Below are positions 60,504 to 64,000 of a stretch of DNA of 64,000 nucleotides, in pieces; position 1 is the first letter of the stretch, and each line of letters begins with the position of its first letter. Source of the DNA: an uncultured Pelagibacteraceae bacterium. GTDB lineage: Bacteria > Pseudomonadota > Alphaproteobacteria > Pelagibacterales > Pelagibacteraceae. The stretch is taken from contig CACEEJ010000003.1 in assembly GCA_902558545.1 (NCBI GenBank), positions 2,050-66,049 on the forward strand, given 5' to 3'. A program made the position numbers and the translations under genes. The notes under the pieces were generated by a model that was given only the letters and a program-made list of their open reading frames with translations, had not been told where the DNA came from and made no database searches.

Positions 60504-62908
60504 AGATTACATATGATTGGTTAAAAGATCATTTAAAAGTAAGTGCTAAAGAAGATAAACTTCTTGAGAAACTAACAGACATAGGTCTTGAGGTTGAGAG
60601 CATAGAAAACTTATCTGAGGGGTTAGATTTATTTAAGGTAGCAAAAATTATAAAAACAGAAAAACATCCCAATGCAGACAGACTTAAAGTTTGTGATGTT
60701 GATGTTGGTAATAAAGAAATCAAAAAAGTTGTTTGTGGTGCTGCAAATGCAAGAGAGGGCCTTCTTACCGTATATGCCCCACCAGACGCAATAATTCCAA
60801 AAACTAAAACTAAACTTGTTGTTGCAAAAATAAGAGATGTTACATCTTATGGAATGCTCTGTTCCGAATCTGAATTGAATTTATCAGATGAAAGTGATGG
60901 GATTATTGAGCTGTCGTCATCGAAATATGCAAAAAATATTGGAAAAAATTATTTTTCTAAATCAAGTTCTAATCTTATCGATTTATCAATTACACCAAAC
61001 AGACCAGACTGTCTAGGTGTTCGAGGGATAGCGAGAGATTTATCAGCCGCAGGTTTTGGAAACTTAAAACCAGAAAAAGACAAAAAAATAAAATCTAATA
61101 AAAAACAGACTTTAAAAGTAAAAATAACAAAAGAAAAAAATCAAGGGTGTTTATCTTTTGGTAGCTGCTTGATAACTAACGTCAAAAATACAGAAAGCCC
61201 TCAATGGTTGAAAGATAAATTAATTTCTATAGGCCAAAAACCAATATCTGCAATTGTGGATATTACGAATTATGTAATGATTGATATTAATCGTCCTTTG
61301 CACGCATACGATGCTGACAAAATTGATAAGGGAATAATTGTTAGAAATTCAAAATCAGGAGAAGAATTTACTGCTCTAGATAATAAAAATTATAAGCTAG
61401 ATGATGGAATGTGTGTAATAAGTGATAACAAAGGTGTCTTAGGTCTAGGAGGAATTATTGGAGGTACAAGATCTGGTACAGAGCTACATACAAAAAATGT
61501 TTTATTAGAGTCAGCTTATTTTGATCCAAGATCAATTCGAAAAACTGCTAAGAAATTGAATATTGATACAGATGCTAAATTTAGATTTGAAAGGGGTATT
61601 GACCAGTTATCTATTGAAGATGGATTAAATAAAGCAGCTTTTTTAATTAGGGAAATTTGTGGTGGTGAAATTAGTAAAATAGATATTCAAAAAATTGAGT
61701 CCTATAAAAACAAAGTAATAAAATTTGAACTAAAAACCTTTGAAAAAATTACTGGTTTTAAAATTTCAACCAAAGAAATGATAACCATTTTAGAAAAACT
61801 TGGTTTTAAATTAAAAAAAGAAAAAAAATTATTTAAATTATCAGTCCCATCCTGGAGACCAGATATTGTTCAAGAGATTGATATAGTAGAGGAACTTGTA
61901 AGAATTAGTGGTTATGAAAAAATAAAAATAGAAAATCCTATTAAAGAAAGATCAAAAAATACATTAAATCCAACTCAAAAGTTATTTCATTTTCTTCAAA
62001 GGGCAGTGGCATCTAAAGGATATTTGGAAGCAATAACTTGGTCTTTTACAGACTCAAAATTTAACGATCACTTTAAAGAATCCAGTAAAGAAATAAAAAT
62101 TATAAATCCAATTAGCTCTGAGTTAGGTGTGTTGAGAAATTCTATTTTTTCAAATTTAGTGATGTACATAAGCAAAAACTTAGATAGAGGAATTAAAGAT
62201 TTATCAATATTTGAAATAGGGCCAATATTTTATGGTTTACAACCTGGAGAACAGAATACTGTTGTTTGCGGCCTGTCAGCTGGAAAAAAATCTAGACTTT
62301 CTTGGCTTGAAAAAGAGAGAAATATAGATGTTTTTGATATTAAAAGAGATGTTATACAAACTCTAGTAGAGGCTGGCTATGATTCAGAAAAATTTTATAT
62401 TGATGATGAAAGCCCTAATTATTATCATCCAGGAAAATCAGGCAGAGTATTTTTAAATAAGGGAAAAGATAAGGTAGCTGCTTATTTTGGCGAAATTCAT
62501 CCAAACATCATTAAAACGCTTGATATTAAAACAGAGTCTTTAGTTGGTTTCGAAATATTCCTAGATAATTTAAAACTGCCAAAAAAACCTTTAAAAGATC
62601 AAAAAACAAAGTATTCAGTTTCTGATTTTCAAAAATCTGAGAGAGATTTTGCATTTATTGTTGATAGAAAAATAAGTGTGCAAGATTTAGTAAGTGTCAT
62701 ATCAAATATTGATAAAAATTTAATTTCAAACATTAAAGTATTTGACGTTTACGAAGGAGATAATATTCCTGAAAATAAAAAATCAGTTGCTATAAGCGTT
62801 ACTATTCAATCATTGGAAAAAACATTAACGGATAATGATTTAGAAAAAACTAATAATTTGATAATAGAAACAGTTGAAAATAAAACTGGTGCTAAAATTC
62901 GTTCCTAA
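60500..62908 (+). CDS. pheT: Phenylalanine-tRNA ligase beta subunit
   Basis: HPNADRL, VVCGA, TPNRPDC, RFERG, VPSWRPD, RDFAF. Confidence 0.97.
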   Translation: MKITYDWLKDHLKVSAKEDKLLEKLTDIGLEVESIENLSEGLDLFKVAKIIKTEKHPNADRLKVCDVDVGNKEIKKVVCGAANAREGLLTVYAPPDAIIPKTKTKLVVAKIRDVTSYGMLCSESELNLSDESDGIIELSSSKYAKNIGKNYFSKSSSNLIDLSITPNRPDCLGVRGIARDLSAAGFGNLKPEKDKKIKSNKKQTLKVKITKEKNQGCLSFGSCLITNVKNTESPQWLKDKLISIGQKPISAIVDITNYVMIDINRPLHAYDADKIDKGIIVRNSKSGEEFTALDNKNYKLDDGMCVISDNKGVLGLGGIIGGTRSGTELHTKNVLLESAYFDPRSIRKTAKKLNIDTDAKFRFERGIDQLSIEDGLNKAAFLIREICGGEISKIDIQKIESYKNKVIKFELKTFEKITGFKISTKEMITILEKLGFKLKKEKKLFKLSVPSWRPDIVQEIDIVEELVRISGYEKIKIENPIKERSKNTLNPTQKLFHFLQRAVASKGYLEAITWSFTDSKFNDHFKESSKEIKIINPISSELGVLRNSIFSNLVMYISKNLDRGIKDLSIFEIGPIFYGLQPGEQNTVVCGLSAGKKSRLSWLEKERNIDVFDIKRDVIQTLVEAGYDSEKFYIDDESPNYYHPGKSGRVFLNKGKDKVAAYFGEIHPNIIKTLDIKTESLVGFEIFLDNLKLPKKPLKDQKTKYSVSDFQKSERDFAFIVDRKISVQDLVSVISNIDKNLISNIKVFDVYEGDNIPENKKSVAISVTIQSLEKTLTDNDLEKTNNLIIETVENKTGAKIRS

Positions 62909-62916
62909 AATAATTA

Positions 62917-64000
62917 ATGAGTTCAATTGATAATATAAGAAATTTTGCAATAATTGCGCATATTGATCATGGAAAATCTACTATAGCTGATAGAATTATT
63001 CATAGTTGCGGTGGATTAACTGAAAGAGAAATGAAAGCTCAAGTTTTAGACTCTATGGATATTGAGCGTGAAAGAGGAATTACAATAAAAGCTCAAACTG
63101 TAAAGTTAAATTATAAAGCTAAAAATGGAAAAAATTATATTTTAAATATTATTGATACCCCAGGTCATGTAGATTTCAGTTATGAAGTAAGTAGATCTTT
63201 ATATGCATGTGAAGGTTCAATTTTGATCGTAGATAGTACACAAGGGGTAGAAGCTCAAACTTTAGCAAATGTTTACCAAGCTTTAGATACTAACCATGAG
63301 ATAGTACCAGTTTTAAATAAGGTTGATTTACCTGCATCAGATTTAGATAGAACAAAAAAACAAATCGAGGAAGTTATAGGAATTGATACTGAAAATGCAA
63401 TTCCATGTTCAGGTAAAACTGGAGAAGGAATAGAAGATATTTTAGAGCAAATTATTACAACATTACCAGCTCCAAAAGGAGAAAGTTCTGCAGATCTAAA
63501 ATGTTTATTGGTTGATAGTTGGTATGATACATATCTAGGTGTCGTGATTTTAGTGAGAGTGATAGATGGTAAACTTTCAAAACACATGAAAATAAAAATG
63601 ATGTCTACTAATCAGGAGTATATTGTTGAAAAAGTTGGAGTTTTTACACCAAAGCCAGTAGACATAAATGAACTAAAAACAGGTGAAATTGGATTTATTA
63701 CAACAGGAATTAAAGTTTTATCTGAAACAAAAGTTGGAGATACCATTTGTGATGCTTCAAAACCTTTAAAAGATGCTTTGCCAGGATTTAAACCAAGTAA
63801 GCCGGTAGTGTTCTGTGGGCTCTTTCCAGTAGATAGTTCTGAGTTTCAAAAACTTAAAGATGGTTTAGCTAAATTACAATTGAATGATGCAAGTTTTTCA
63901 TTTGAGCCAGAGTCATCATCTGCTTTAGGTTTAGGTTTTAGATGTGGATTTCTAGGATTACTTCATTTGGAAATAGTCACAGAAAGACTAGAAAGAGAAT
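62917..64000 (+). CDS. lepA: Elongation factor 4 (LepA), 3'-truncated by window edge
   Basis: Read manually: [64 protein letters not shown]. Confidence 0.96.
   Translation, partial: MSSIDNIRNFAIIAHIDHGKSTIADRIIHSCGGLTEREMKAQVLDSMDIERERGITIKAQTVKLNYKAKNGKNYILNIIDTPGHVDFSYEVSRSLYACEGSILIVDSTQGVEAQTLANVYQALDTNHEIVPVLNKVDLPASDLDRTKKQIEEVIGIDTENAIPCSGKTGEGIEDILEQIITTLPAPKGESSADLKCLLVDSWYDTYLGVVILVRVIDGKLSKHMKIKMMSTNQEYIVEKVGVFTPKPVDINELKTGEIGFITTGIKVLSETKVGDTICDASKPLKDALPGFKPSKPVVFCGLFPVDSSEFQKLKDGLAKLQLNDASFSFEPESSSALGLGFRCGFLGLLHLEIVTERLERE

Noticed and set aside
644-63587. Many antisense or nested ORFs in the track (644-1123, 4454-4855, 5516-5908, 23466-23825, 43911-44237, 63273-63587 and others)
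   Set aside because: They overlap well-supported conserved genes and show no family motifs

Overview
AT-rich, very gene-dense core-chromosome segment of a streamlined alphaproteobacterium. Gene content, order and near-zero spacers point to SAR11 / 'Ca. Pelagibacter' (inference, no database search run). Order: metK (partial), nusA-infB-rbfA-rpsO-pnp, fabA-fabB-fabI, irr-rubrerythrin-FeS oxidoreductase-DUF3501, ubiE-ubiB-coaBC-dut-moeB-like-SH3, mutM-rpsT-dnaA-dnaN, argH-lipoprotein-lysA-plsC, tlpA, esterase, HNH, coq7/dsbB/yqaA, tRNA-Leu and acyl-CoA ligase, helicase-terB-fdxA-carD, aminotransferase, TAXI-TRAP, tRNA-Arg, thiolase, aceE-aceF (frameshifted), uppP, gltD-gltB, GT4, thrS-infC-rpmI-rplT-pheS-pheT, lepA (partial). 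No prophage, IS, integrase or CRISPR was seen. The most unusual item is not in the ORF track: a 30-codon gene (31167-31259) for a protamine/H1-like peptide with 22 of 30 residues Lys/Arg. It has its own Shine-Dalgarno, an upstream palindrome with two GANTC sites, and a terminator shared with a convergent CarD that carries a long Lys-rich N-terminal tail. Together these are a candidate nucleoid-condensing/transcription module. Other points: paired Irr (ICE) boxes, a rimP-leader-like attenuator kept although rimP is absent, a repeat/IHF-like array before dnaA, an RAAYG repeat before pnp, a lipoyl-fused AceE, a MoeB-like protein lacking zinc cysteines, and several apparently leaderless genes.
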